DNA of 64,000 nucleotides, from contig CP070993.1 of the NCBI GenBank assembly GCA_017134395.1, positions 23,231 to 87,230 of the forward strand, written 5' to 3'. This stretch comes from Candidatus Kaiserbacteria bacterium. Its GTDB lineage: Bacteria; Patescibacteriota; Minisyncoccia; Phycocordibacterales; UBA2100. A program made the translations under genes and the position numbers. Below are positions 33,901-43,536 of this stretch, piece by piece. A model generated the notes under the pieces. The model had not been told where the DNA came from and searched no databases. It was given only the letters and a program-made list of their open reading frames with translations. Each line of letters starts with the position of its first letter. The stretch's first letter is position 1.

Positions 33901-34133
33901 TTGGAGAGATGGAAGTGTGGGCGATGCTTGGTTATGGTGCGGCATATGCACTACGCGAAGTGCTCACTATAAAGTCCGACGATATTCTCGGACGTTCAGC
34001 CGCTTTCGATGCGATTGTGAAAGGTGAGCGCATTAGGCAACCAAACGTGCCTGCAACGTTCAACGTGCTTGTTCGACACCTTCGTGGACTGGCATTGGAC
34101 ATCAATTTAGAAAGGAATAACGACGACAAGTAA
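30954..34133 (+). CDS. rpoB: DNA-directed RNA polymerase subunit beta
   Basis: 1059 aa with conserved RpoB blocks (GRHGNKGV, NMQRQAV-like, C-terminal motifs). Start is GTG 30954 or ATG 30960. Confidence 0.95.
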   Translation: MYMSNTALPKKHFGKFTENLVETPNLVREQIDSYKRLLEEGIKSVFEEFSPIADYSGKKFDLDISHFTIGKPEYDEHYAKFKRLTYKVPLRIEAKLTNKTTGEKKTQEIFLADFPYMTDHGTFIINGVERVVVPQLARSYGVFFLKNLMKGSEYFGAKIIPARGAWVEVESEPDGAIYVKIDRKRKFPVTTLLKVFGLEDEKAMLKAFKGVEGAEEAIKTSLENDLTETTADAFIEVYKRLRDGDLATPDSAREFVLSIFSKERYDLSRVGRYQFNHRFDLKSEGKALDEQTLSTDDVVRIVSQIITLNNTKGAREDDIDHLGFRRVRYVGEMMQHQVRIGMSRMKRNIQDRMSTVDAETILPIQFINPRPFSAAVMEFFSTNQLSQFMDQNNILGELEHLRTLSALGPGGLTRERAGFDVRDVHTSHYGRLCPIQTPEGQNIGLILRLAVHARLNDFGIIETPYVRVKNGKVTDEIVYLNALDDEKYFIAHAATERDKNGKITEKLIEVRKKGEPYFVEPKEIEFMEVATGQAFSVATTMIPFLEHDDANRSLMGSNMQKQATPCIVPEIPYVATGIEENAARDSGRLVIADEAGTVTYADARRVSVKNAKGKEKEYKLVSFSRTNNMSLFHQRVAVKVGDKLKRGDVIADTSSSVGGQIAIGQNARIAFMSWAGANYEDAIVISERLVKDSKFTSVHVEEFVAYVRDTKLGAEVTTYDIPNVSETKLRNLDEEGVVRIGAEIRAGDILVGKVTPKGETQLTPEERLLRSIFGEKAKDVKDTSLRMEAGKRGRVVGVRIFSRENGDQLESGIIKRIHIEVAQLRNISVGDKLAGRHGNKGVISRVLPEEDMPYTKDGEPIDIILTPLGVPSRMNLGQILEMHLGLAAEELGYQAIVPPFSGTTEEEITKELVEAGFPESGKIVLHDGRTGEAFDQPIAIGNMYILKLHHMVEDKIHMRSVGPYSITTQQPLGGKAQNGGQRIGEMEVWAMLGYGAAYALREVLTIKSDDILGRSAAFDAIVKGERIRQPNVPATFNVLVRHLRGLALDINLERNNDDK

Positions 34134-34138
34134 CGCGT

Positions 34139-37100
34139 ATGAAAACAAACAAAGAAATGCTCATAAACGATTTCGACAAGGTTACGCTGAAGCTTGCGTC
34201 ACCTGATCGAGTTCTAGAATGGTCTCGTGGTGAAGTAGTAAAGCCAGAGACTATTAACTATCGAACACAACGTCCTGAAAAGAACGGTTTGTTCGATGAA
34301 AAGATTTTTGGACCGGAAAAAGACTTCGAATGTTACTGTGGAAAGTACCGTGGTATTCGTTTCAAAGGAATTATTTGTGAAAAATGTGGAGTAGAAATTA
34401 CTCGAAGTGTGGTGCGACGCGAACGAATGGGTCACATTGACCTTGCGACACCTGTTGCTCACATTTGGTTCCACCGTGGTATTCCATCAAGAATTGCACT
34501 GCTACTTGGTATTTCGGCTGCTGAAGTTGAAAAGGTAGTGTACTTTGCTGGATACATCATCACTAAGGTAAATGAAGAATCAAAGGGGCGACTACTCAAA
34601 GATCTTGAGAGTGAGTTCAAAGCAAAGAGTAAGGATGTAAAAGATGAAAAGACAAAGAAGAAACTGAAAGAACTGGCAACTGCTGCAAAGAAAGAAATTG
34701 AAAGTATCAAAGAGGGTATCGTACTTGAAGAAGGTGAGTACCATAAGTTTGCGCTTAAGTATTCTTCATGTTTTGAAGCAAAGATTGGAGCAGAGGCACT
34801 GTACGATATCTTTAAAGACCTCGATCTTGAAGTATTCCGTCAAGAATTACTTACCCGGCTTGAAAAAGCAGGTGCAGCTGATCGAGTAAAGCTACAAAAG
34901 CGCATTTCGCTTGTGAAGCAAATGCAAGGAGCTGACGTTCGTCCTGAATGGATGTTCCTCACACAGCTTCCGGTGATTCCACCAGCACTTCGACCGATGG
35001 TTGCTCTAGAAGGTGGACGTCACGCCAGCTCTGATATTAACGACCTGTACCGCCGAGTGATTAACCGAAACAACCGTCTTAAGAAACTAAAAGACATTTA
35101 CGCACCAGACGTTATCTTGCGTAACGAAAAGCGTATTCTGCAAGAAGCAGTCGACGCATTGCTCGATAACTCAGTGCGACGTGGAAACACAGCATATTCA
35201 GTTGGAGGGCAACGATCACGACCACTTAAGTCTCTTGCTGACTATCTAAAGGGTAAGCAAGGGTACTTCCGACAGAACCTTCTTGGTAAACGAGTAGACT
35301 ACTCTGGACGAAGTGTGATTGTTGTTGGGCCTGATTTGGCACTTGATCAATGTGGGCTACCAAAGATGATGGCATTGGAACTCTTCCGACCATTCATTAT
35401 TTCAGGACTTCTTGAACGCGAAATTGCATATAACATTCGTGGAGCAGGACGCCTTATTGAAGAGGGAATTCCAGAAGTGTGGGCAATTCTTGAAGAGGTA
35501 ATTAGCGATAAACACGTGTTGCTAAACCGTGCGCCAACGCTTCACCGTCAGAGTATGCAGGGGTTCCGCCCAGTACTTATTGAAGGAAGCGCTATTCAAC
35601 TACACCCATTGGTATGTGAAGCGTTTAACGCTGACTTCGATGGTGACCAAATGGCTGTGCACGTACCTCTCTCAGACGAGGCACAACATGAAGCGCGGAC
35701 TATTATGTCTGCCAACAAGAACATTTTGAAGCCTGGTTCTGGAGACGTAACCACAAATGCACGACAAGACATGATTCTTGGAATCTACTGGATGACAAAG
35801 ATTGTAGAAGGTGCAAACGGAGAAGGAACAATATTCGAAACAACAAACCGAGCTATCAGCTCATACGATTACGGAGTTGTTGATTTCCGCGCGAAGATAA
35901 AAGTACTCCCAAGTGATTCACCAAAGTACGCAGCGTACAATGGAGAGTTATTTGAAACCACTGTTGGACGACTCTTGTTCAACTCAGTGCTTCCTACAGA
36001 CTTCCCATACATCGACGAAACTGTTGACCGACGACGCATGAATAAGCTCGTTGATGATCTTATTGCTCGTTACGGACTAAGTGGAATGCCAAAAATCCTC
36101 GACAAGATTAAAGTATTCGGATTTAAGTACGCAACATTGTCAGGTATTACGTGGGGACTCTCTGACCTTAAGACACCACCAAAGAAAGAGGTCATCATTG
36201 AAAAAAGCACACAAGCCATTCTTGAACTACGGGCACAATTCAACGACGGACTTCTTTCAGAAGGAGAGCGACGACGAATGGCAATTGAAGTATGGCAGAA
36301 AGCCAAAACTGATATTGAAGATTCTGTGATGGAAGCAGTTGATCCACATGGTTCTGTGAGCGACATGATTACTTCAGGAGCTCGTGGTTCTGTAGGACAG
36401 CTTACACAGATGACAGGTATGAAGGGGCTTATTCAGAACCCGAATGGAGATATTATTGAAACGCCAGTTATTGCTTCGTACAAGGAAGGAATGAAGCCAA
36501 TTGAATACTTTATTACGACTCACGGTTCACGTAAGGGACTCGCCGACACCGCACTTAAAACTGCGCAAGCCGGATATCTCACTCGACGTTTGTTTGACGT
36601 TGCACAAGATATTGTTGTTACTGAAGATAACTGTGGTTCAAAAGAAGGAGTAGAAGTAAGTCGTGTTAATGCACTTGGAATGGAAATTTCACTTGGACGC
36701 GCAACAAAGGGGCGTACAGTTGCTGAGCCAATTATGGATGGCGACAAAGAACTCTTTAAAAAAGGTCACTTAATTTCTGCACTGGATGCTGAAGAGCTTG
36801 CTAACTCAGCAGTACAAACAGTTGTGGTTCGTTCCCCGATGACCTGTAAAACACAACGTGGTGTATGTCAGAAATGTTACGGGTATGACCTTACAACAAA
36901 CGAACTAGTAGATATTGGAGAAGCTGTTGGTACTGTAGCTGCTCAGTCTCTTGGAGAGCCTTCAACACAGCTTACTATGAACACGAAGCACGCCGGAGGA
37001 GCTGCCTCAGTCGGAGGAGACATCACACAAGGTTTGCCACGAGTTGAGGAAGTATTTGACCGACGTTCGCCGAAGAGCCCAGCACTTATTGCACGTATCG

Positions 37101-37804
37101 ACGGAGTCGTGTCTGATCTTATTAAAGAAGGAGACGACACCATCATTACTTTGATTCCAGAAGGAACAAGCAAGAGCTCACGAAAACGAGACATCGAATA
37201 TAAGGTGCCTTCAGTACGTACGATTCTTGTAAAGAAAGGTCAGCCGGTAGTAAAGGGTCAGTTTATGACAGATGGTTCTGCTGAACTTGATGATCTTTAC
37301 CAGTACGCCGGAAAAGAACTAGTACAAGAATATATCATCTCTGAAATCAATAAGATTTACGAGCTTCAAGGTGTTGCGGTATCACGTAAGCATCTCGAAG
37401 TCGTTATCAAGCAAATGTTCTCACGACGAAAGATTAAGAACGCAGGAGACACTAAGTTCTCAATCGGACAAGTTGTAGAAGATGTTGAACTAGAACGAGA
37501 AAATGATCGTATGAAGGAAGCAGGAGGTGATATTGCAACTGCAGATCAGTTGGTAACCGGCATTACCGAAACTGCTCTTACACGAGATAGTTTCCTTTCA
37601 GCAGCATCATTCCAAAATACAACACGTAAGCTCTCAGAAGCTGCTGTTCGTGGAGCGGAAGATAAGCTCGAAGGATTGAAGGAAAACGTTATTGTAGGAC
37701 GTCTTGTTCCAGCTGGAACAGGATTTGTTGGGAGTGCAAAAAACACTGCCATGACAGAGTTGCAGAGTGAACTTTCTGAGAACGAGCGAAAACGAGAGGA
37801 CTAA
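34139..37804 (+). CDS. rpoC: DNA-directed RNA polymerase subunit beta'
   Basis: 1221 aa. Zinc-binding CYCGKYRGIRFKGIICEKCGVEI, the catalytic NADFDGDQM motif, and a trigger loop. Confidence 0.95.
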   Translation: MKTNKEMLINDFDKVTLKLASPDRVLEWSRGEVVKPETINYRTQRPEKNGLFDEKIFGPEKDFECYCGKYRGIRFKGIICEKCGVEITRSVVRRERMGHIDLATPVAHIWFHRGIPSRIALLLGISAAEVEKVVYFAGYIITKVNEESKGRLLKDLESEFKAKSKDVKDEKTKKKLKELATAAKKEIESIKEGIVLEEGEYHKFALKYSSCFEAKIGAEALYDIFKDLDLEVFRQELLTRLEKAGAADRVKLQKRISLVKQMQGADVRPEWMFLTQLPVIPPALRPMVALEGGRHASSDINDLYRRVINRNNRLKKLKDIYAPDVILRNEKRILQEAVDALLDNSVRRGNTAYSVGGQRSRPLKSLADYLKGKQGYFRQNLLGKRVDYSGRSVIVVGPDLALDQCGLPKMMALELFRPFIISGLLEREIAYNIRGAGRLIEEGIPEVWAILEEVISDKHVLLNRAPTLHRQSMQGFRPVLIEGSAIQLHPLVCEAFNADFDGDQMAVHVPLSDEAQHEARTIMSANKNILKPGSGDVTTNARQDMILGIYWMTKIVEGANGEGTIFETTNRAISSYDYGVVDFRAKIKVLPSDSPKYAAYNGELFETTVGRLLFNSVLPTDFPYIDETVDRRRMNKLVDDLIARYGLSGMPKILDKIKVFGFKYATLSGITWGLSDLKTPPKKEVIIEKSTQAILELRAQFNDGLLSEGERRRMAIEVWQKAKTDIEDSVMEAVDPHGSVSDMITSGARGSVGQLTQMTGMKGLIQNPNGDIIETPVIASYKEGMKPIEYFITTHGSRKGLADTALKTAQAGYLTRRLFDVAQDIVVTEDNCGSKEGVEVSRVNALGMEISLGRATKGRTVAEPIMDGDKELFKKGHLISALDAEELANSAVQTVVVRSPMTCKTQRGVCQKCYGYDLTTNELVDIGEAVGTVAAQSLGEPSTQLTMNTKHAGGAASVGGDITQGLPRVEEVFDRRSPKSPALIARIDGVVSDLIKEGDDTIITLIPEGTSKSSRKRDIEYKVPSVRTILVKKGQPVVKGQFMTDGSAELDDLYQYAGKELVQEYIISEINKIYELQGVAVSRKHLEVVIKQMFSRRKIKNAGDTKFSIGQVVEDVELERENDRMKEAGGDIATADQLVTGITETALTRDSFLSAASFQNTTRKLSEAAVRGAEDKLEGLKENVIVGRLVPAGTGFVGSAKNTAMTELQSELSENERKRED

Positions 37805-37829
37805 TATCTCGTAAAAGACCTGCGATACG

Positions 37830-37858
37830 TACCACGCCTTCAAAAGGTAGGCGTGGTA
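37830..37858 (+). terminator. Hairpin between rpoC and dnaG (partial terminator or attenuator; weak U-tract)
   Basis: TACCACGCCT-TCAAAAGGT-AGGCGTGGTA, then TTATTG. Confidence 0.4.
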
Positions 37859-37873
37859 TTATTGCATTATCGT

Positions 37874-39583
37874 ATGGCATCAAGAAACATCGAAAACATC
37901 AAAGAGCGCCTTTCTATTGAAGAAGTGGTCGGGCAGTATGTTGAATTAAAGCCTGCAGGAAGCAGTTTAAAGGGGAAATGTCCGTTTCATGCAGAAAAGA
38001 CTCCCTCGTTTATGGTTTCACCAATGAGGCAGAGCTATCATTGTTTTGGTTGTGGTGTTGGAGGAGATATCTTTACGTTTGTACAAGAAATTGAAGGACT
38101 CGACTTCAAAGGATCGTTAAAGGCTCTTGCTGACAAAGCGGGGATAGAGCTTGTCTATGAAAAAGGAGTCGAAAAAGATGACAATGATGTACTGTTTTCG
38201 ATTTTAGAATCAGTAACGCAGTACTACACTGAGAACCTAAAGAAAAATGACAAAGCAATTACCTACCTTAAAGATCGTGGATTGACTGATGAGACTATCG
38301 ATTCGTTCCGTATTGGATTTGCGCCGGATAGCTGGAGTGGAGCATACGAGCACCTAAAAGGCGCTGGTTTCAGTGAAAAGCACATTATGCAAGCAGGGCT
38401 TATAAAAGAAGGTACTAAGGGTTCATATGACCGCTTTCGCTCACGTATTATGTTTCCAGTTGCAGACAGCGTAGGGCGCATTGTGGCCTTTTCTGGGCGT
38501 ATCTTCGACAAAGAGGACGATAATACAGGGAAGTATATAAACTCGCCAGAAACACCGCTGTACCATAAGTCAAAAATCTTGTATGGATATGATAGGGCCC
38601 GACAAGCGATTCGCAAAGCAAATTTTGCTGTATTGGTAGAAGGGCAGATGGATCTCATTGCAACGCACCAAGCGAAGTACAACAACACGGTAGCGCTTTC
38701 TGGGACAGCACTTACTCCTGAACACATAACACTACTTGGTCGTATGTCTAAGAATCTATGTATTGCACTTGACGCTGACGCAGCGGGCATTGCCAGCGCC
38801 GGTAAATCGGCACGTGCCGCACTGCGCTCGGGTTTTGATGTAAAAATAGCCGCATTACCTGAAGGGTCTGACCCCGCAGATATGCTCGTTAATGACGATA
38901 TTGAACTGTGGAAGAATACGATTAAAGATTCTAAGCATATTATTGATTTCCTTCTTAATCTCTACCGTAAGAAATCTAAGGATGAGCGAGCATTTAAACT
39001 AATGGTACAGAAAGAAGTGCTGCCGTATGTACTAGATATCGAGAGTGAAATTGATAAGAGTCACTTTATTCAGCGAGTAGCGGCACAACTATCTGTTGGG
39101 GAAGAGGCGGTTCGGAGGGAATTATCTAAATTGAAGGCGACTCCGATAAACGAAGGAATTGCTGCAAAACCTGCGACACAAAAAGGAAATGATACACCAC
39201 TCGGTTCTGAAGACGAACTTGTTCTTATGTATCTTTGGCAAAAAGATTTGAAAGAACAGTTGGTAGACTGTAAAAGGCTAAAGGTTCAGATAGAGGAGGC
39301 GCTGACCCCAATTGGTTTTAAAGCATTGGAAGAAAAGTTGGCAGGAAATAAAGAGGCAGCATTTAAATTTGAGGCATTGTATCACGATGAAGATAGTATG
39401 AAGCGTGCAATAAATGAACTCATCGAACGTCTTCTAAAAAGAGAACTTCAGAAAGAGCTTGATAATGCAAGCGTCTCTATGAGAAAAGCCGAAAGTGAAG
39501 GGAATCAAAAGGATATAGCTCTCTATGCGCAAAAACATCAAGATGTACTCGAAAAACTACGTAAACTTGACAACCATTTATAA
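37874..39583 (+). CDS. dnaG: DNA primase
   Basis: Zinc-binding CPFHAEKTPSF...CFGCG and a Toprim domain (EGQMDLIA, DADAAG). Start chosen at MASRNIENIKERL; the listed 37853 is GTG inside the hairpin. Confidence 0.85.
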   Translation: MASRNIENIKERLSIEEVVGQYVELKPAGSSLKGKCPFHAEKTPSFMVSPMRQSYHCFGCGVGGDIFTFVQEIEGLDFKGSLKALADKAGIELVYEKGVEKDDNDVLFSILESVTQYYTENLKKNDKAITYLKDRGLTDETIDSFRIGFAPDSWSGAYEHLKGAGFSEKHIMQAGLIKEGTKGSYDRFRSRIMFPVADSVGRIVAFSGRIFDKEDDNTGKYINSPETPLYHKSKILYGYDRARQAIRKANFAVLVEGQMDLIATHQAKYNNTVALSGTALTPEHITLLGRMSKNLCIALDADAAGIASAGKSARAALRSGFDVKIAALPEGSDPADMLVNDDIELWKNTIKDSKHIIDFLLNLYRKKSKDERAFKLMVQKEVLPYVLDIESEIDKSHFIQRVAAQLSVGEEAVRRELSKLKATPINEGIAAKPATQKGNDTPLGSEDELVLMYLWQKDLKEQLVDCKRLKVQIEEALTPIGFKALEEKLAGNKEAAFKFEALYHDEDSMKRAINELIERLLKRELQKELDNASVSMRKAESEGNQKDIALYAQKHQDVLEKLRKLDNHL

Positions 39584-39625
39584 ACCCTTGTAATTTAGTA
39601 GAAAACCTATAAAGTACTATAAACT

Positions 39626-40894
39626 ATGGCTCAAAAGAAGACAGTAAAAAAAGCTGTCCGCAAAACAGCGGGCACAAAGAAAAAGGTGGTTGCTAAAAAA
39701 GCACCAGCTAAGAAGGTTGTTTCTAAAAAAACTGCTGTAAAGAAGGTTGTAGCAGCCAGCGCGTCGGTTGGAGCAGTGGTGAAGAAGATGACTCCAAAGC
39801 GAACTCCACCAAAGAAGTCACCGAATAAAAAGGAAAAACAGGCAGAAAAACTGCTCAAAAAAGGGCATGAACGAGGTTATATAACGTATGACGAAATTCT
39901 CAAAGAGTTTCCAACTATCGAACAAGACATCGTATTTCTCGAAGAAATGTACGAACGCTTCGGTGCTGCTGGTATCGATGTTTTAGAAAGCGGCGGTCTT
40001 TTGAACGACAACACAGAACTACTACTCGACCGAAAGAAATTTGGTTCAGGAAGTGATGCATCACGTGATTCGGTTCAAATGTATCTACGAGAAATAGGTC
40101 AGTACCCACTTATTACCGCAGATCGTGAAAAGGAACTCGCGAAACGTATTGAAGAAGGGGACGACGAAGCTCGAGGAATTCTTGCTCGCTCAAACCTGCG
40201 TCTTGTTGTTTCTATTGCTAAGAAATATGTTGGACGTTCAAGCGACCTCACGCTTCTCGACCTTATCCAAGAAGGAAACCTCGGTCTCTTTAAGGCAGTG
40301 GATAAATTTGATTACACAAAGGGATATAAATTCTCTACGTACGCAACGTGGTGGATTCGCCAAGCTATTACACGTGCGCTTGCCGACCAGTCACGGACAA
40401 TTCGTATTCCTGTTCACATGGTTGAAACGATTGCGAAATACAAACAAAAAGTACGTGAGCTTTCTCAACATTTAGGACGAGACCCAATGCCTGAAGAAAT
40501 TGCCGTAGAAATGGGGCTTGAAGTAGATAAAGTCCATCATATTCAGAAAATTAGCCAAGCCACTGTTTCTCTTGAGTCTCCTGTGGGAGATGAGGGTGAA
40601 GACAAGTCGACTCTCGGGCACTTTATTGCTGATGATAAGATGGAATCTCCAGATCAAGCAGCAAGTCGCCGTATTCTTTCAGAGCACATAACTGCTGTTC
40701 TTGATGAGCTTTCAGACAAAGAACGAAAGATTCTTGAGATGCGCAACGGACTCAATGATGAAGGAATTTGCCACACACTTGAAGAAGTAGGAAAGATGTT
40801 TGGTGTGACACGTGAACGTATTCGTCAAATTGAAGCTAAGGCACTCGAAAAGATTCGTTTCCACGAACGAGCTGCTCAGTTGAAGAATTACTAA
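39626..40894 (+). CDS. rpoD: RNA polymerase sigma factor RpoD (sigma-70) with an N-terminal Lys/Ala-rich histone-like tail
   Basis: Regions 1.2 to 4 are present ([63 protein letters not shown]). About 70 N-terminal residues are AKK/KKV repeats. Confidence 0.9.
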   Translation: MAQKKTVKKAVRKTAGTKKKVVAKKAPAKKVVSKKTAVKKVVAASASVGAVVKKMTPKRTPPKKSPNKKEKQAEKLLKKGHERGYITYDEILKEFPTIEQDIVFLEEMYERFGAAGIDVLESGGLLNDNTELLLDRKKFGSGSDASRDSVQMYLREIGQYPLITADREKELAKRIEEGDDEARGILARSNLRLVVSIAKKYVGRSSDLTLLDLIQEGNLGLFKAVDKFDYTKGYKFSTYATWWIRQAITRALADQSRTIRIPVHMVETIAKYKQKVRELSQHLGRDPMPEEIAVEMGLEVDKVHHIQKISQATVSLESPVGDEGEDKSTLGHFIADDKMESPDQAASRRILSEHITAVLDELSDKERKILEMRNGLNDEGICHTLEEVGKMFGVTRERIRQIEAKALEKIRFHERAAQLKNY

Positions 40895-40973
40895 ATCCAA
40901 AAACCTCCCAGTTACCTGGGAGGTTTTTTGTTAGGTGCTATACTGTTTTTATACTAAGTATAACAATTTGCGC

Positions 40974-41516
40974 ATGTCTGAACGGTTTCCAAAAAAAGAA
41001 AACAAGAAGAAAACTAACAAGGGAGCAGTCGCGGGGTTAGCCGCACTAGGTGCTTTGGCATTTGGCGTAGGTAATGCGAGTGCTGTGCAATCATCTGGTT
41101 CTCGAACTGATTTTGAGGCACATACACCGGTACAAATTGAGGTAAGTCCTTTTGTTAAAATGTTAGCTTATGCTGAAACAGCAGCAAGGAAATACAATAG
41201 AGAAAAAGATAGAGCAGAATCTCCTGATTATATAGTGCATGAACTTAGTGAGATGCAAAATCGTTCTGTACAAGCCGCACAGAAAGATTTCAAGAAATTC
41301 CTAAATGCATATCATACTGCCGTGCGTGGTGCTGGTGGCGACCCCGATTTAATTGCAGAAGTGATGGCGAAAGATGCTTATGGAGACGTTTCAATCGCAG
41401 TACAAAATTTTGTGAATATTATGAAAGAGATTCATGACAGATATGAAGAAGATGTCCGGGTCAGGGCTCTTTATGAGTTGATTAAGGAACACAATTCAGC
41501 TAACGTGGGTAACTAA
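40974..41516 (+). CDS. hypothetical secreted or membrane-anchored protein
   Basis: MSERFPKKENKKKTNKGAVAGLAALGALAFGVGNASA resembles a signal/anchor. No recognisable domain. Confidence 0.45.
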   Translation: MSERFPKKENKKKTNKGAVAGLAALGALAFGVGNASAVQSSGSRTDFEAHTPVQIEVSPFVKMLAYAETAARKYNREKDRAESPDYIVHELSEMQNRSVQAAQKDFKKFLNAYHTAVRGAGGDPDLIAEVMAKDAYGDVSIAVQNFVNIMKEIHDRYEEDVRVRALYELIKEHNSANVGN

Positions 41517-41523
41517 ACATACT

Positions 41524-41551
41524 AAAACCCCTCGCGTACGCGAGGGGTTTT
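41524..41551. terminator. Bidirectional rho-independent terminator
   Basis: AAAACCCCTCGCG-TA-CGCGAGGGGTTTT, a perfect palindrome between convergent genes. Confidence 0.8.
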
Positions 41552-41577
41552 ATATGTTACGTGATTTGTAGTTGCTA

Positions 41578-42909
41578 TTATACAGTCACAAATCCAGTGT
41601 AGTAGAAGATAACCAAAACGACAGAGGCAATAGAGAGACCTGCAGCAGTTGCGGGTATTCCGTACTTAAGCCATCGTTTGAAGCTAATAGGTTCATCTGT
41701 TTGTTCGGATTTTGAAACCACAATGATACCTGCGGTAGAACCAATTGGTGAACCGTTTCCACCAAATCCAACACCGAATACCAGCGCCCACCACAGAAGG
41801 TCTACAGGTACACCTGATTGCTGTAAATACAGAATAATAGGAATCATAGCAACCGTAAGCGGGATGTTATCTACAATAGCTGATGCAATTGCAGCAACCC
41901 ATAGAATAATAATAGCGGTAAGCAATAGGTTGCTTTCAGCACTTGCGGTAATAATTTGGGCCAGACTCTCTAGTACACCAGCGTGTTCGAGACCACCAAC
42001 GGTAATGAAGAGTGACGCGAAGAAGAGGAGTACTGATAGCTCGGTTTTCTCAATGATAGGTTGCGGGTCCTTCGTTGCGGTGACTAAAAGCAAGATTGCA
42101 GCTGCACCAATAAGCGCAATAAGGGACGCTTCAAGATGAAGAACACCATGGAAGAAAAAGAGGACGACAACACCAGCAAGAACAGCGAGACCCTTTTTAA
42201 GAGTCGGTAAGTCCGTAATGGCATCCTTTTCATTCATTTGCATTAGTTCTTCGATGTTCTCAGGAGCTTTTGAAAGCTCCTTTTTGAAGAGGAATCGGAA
42301 CATAATGAATGTAACTACTCCTACAACAAGTACTGTTGGAAGCGAGTGAACAAGGAAGGCGTTGAAAGTAAAATCTGCTGCTGAACCAATCATGATGTTT
42401 GGCGGGTCACCAACGAGTGTGGCAGTACCACCAACGTTTGAAAGCATAGCCTCAACCAGCAATAGTGGTGTTGCGCTGATTTTAAGCATTCGAGCGATAA
42501 TAATCGTAATAGGTACGATCAAAATAATTGTTGTTACGTTGTCGAGTATCATCGACAATACTGCCGTAAGCGTACCAAGGGCAAGCATGAGGAGCCATGG
42601 GTTACCTTTTGTCTTCTTTGCCGTTAAGATACCAAGGTATTGAAATACACCAGTCCTCTCGAGTACTACCACAAGTAGCATCATTCCGAAAAGAAGCCCT
42701 AATGTGTTGAAATCAACGGCGTTAAGAGCGTCTTCTGGGTGGTAGAAGTCGAATATTATTCCTGCAAGTACCATAAGCACGGCACCTGCCATTGCAACCA
42801 CACTACGGTGTACTCGTTCTGTTAAAATGAGGGCGAATGTCCCTCCAAAAATGATAGTACTGATTATTGCTGCTGTTGTCATAAAGATAATTACATACAA
42901 AAAGGCCAC
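41578..42909 (-). CDS. Ion transporter permease, ArsB/NhaD-like (IT superfamily), about 11-12 TM
   Basis: 443 aa, polytopic. Family assignment comes from overall architecture only (tentative). GTG start is embedded in an upstream hairpin at 42904-42922. Confidence 0.5.
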   Translation of the reverse strand: MAFLYVIIFMTTAAIISTIIFGGTFALILTERVHRSVVAMAGAVLMVLAGIIFDFYHPEDALNAVDFNTLGLLFGMMLLVVVLERTGVFQYLGILTAKKTKGNPWLLMLALGTLTAVLSMILDNVTTIILIVPITIIIARMLKISATPLLLVEAMLSNVGGTATLVGDPPNIMIGSAADFTFNAFLVHSLPTVLVVGVVTFIMFRFLFKKELSKAPENIEELMQMNEKDAITDLPTLKKGLAVLAGVVVLFFFHGVLHLEASLIALIGAAAILLLVTATKDPQPIIEKTELSVLLFFASLFITVGGLEHAGVLESLAQIITASAESNLLLTAIIILWVAAIASAIVDNIPLTVAMIPIILYLQQSGVPVDLLWWALVFGVGFGGNGSPIGSTAGIIVVSKSEQTDEPISFKRWLKYGIPATAAGLSIASVVLVIFYYTGFVTV

Positions 42910-42942
42910 CTATTTAGTGGCCCCTTTGCGCTGTTTATAAAG

Positions 42943-43458
42943 TTATTTGTCGTCAATGTCAGCGAAACAGTCTCCGCACATGCCGAGAGTTGCTCCAATG
43001 ACCTGTTTAAGTTCGGTTCGAGTAAGAATACCTACTGGTTTGTTGTCTGCGTTTACCACTGCAATACGTCCACGACCTGTGTGCGCTGCAATAGCCGCTG
43101 CTTCAATTACGTTCCCGTCTACCTTAATGGTAGGGACTTCAGTTTCCATGAAGTCTGCAACAGGTGTGTCTTTTACACGCTCTGCATCTTCCTTAAGAAG
43201 CTCCATGTTTGAGAAACGCGCGGCAAGGTTACTTTCTTCCATATAGTCTGGAAGCACTGCCTTGATAATATCGATAGCGTTCACCATTCCTGCTAATGTT
43301 CCGTCTTCTGCTAACACAGTAAGAGAGTTTCGTCGTTCGGTAATCATTTTTTGCAATGTTTCTTCCAACGTTGCAGTACTACTGGTAAAGATTGCCGGAC
43401 GCATAATGTCCTCAACTGAGTATGATTTTTCCTTTATTGTGATCATATATTTGGGCAA
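42943..43458 (-). CDS. CBS-pair domain protein
   Basis: 171 aa containing two CBS motifs (IMRPAIFTSSTATLEETLQKM..., VPTIKVDGNVIEAAAIAAHTGRGRIAVV). It lies upstream of and co-oriented with the permease. Confidence 0.65.
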   Translation of the reverse strand: MPKYMITIKEKSYSVEDIMRPAIFTSSTATLEETLQKMITERRNSLTVLAEDGTLAGMVNAIDIIKAVLPDYMEESNLAARFSNMELLKEDAERVKDTPVADFMETEVPTIKVDGNVIEAAAIAAHTGRGRIAVVNADNKPVGILTRTELKQVIGATLGMCGDCFADIDDK

Positions 43459-43536
43459 CTATATACCTGTGTAAGCCGTAGTGCAAGAGGTTATATGCAC
43501 AGAGAAGAGATAGACACTATGGTATACTTTTTCACT

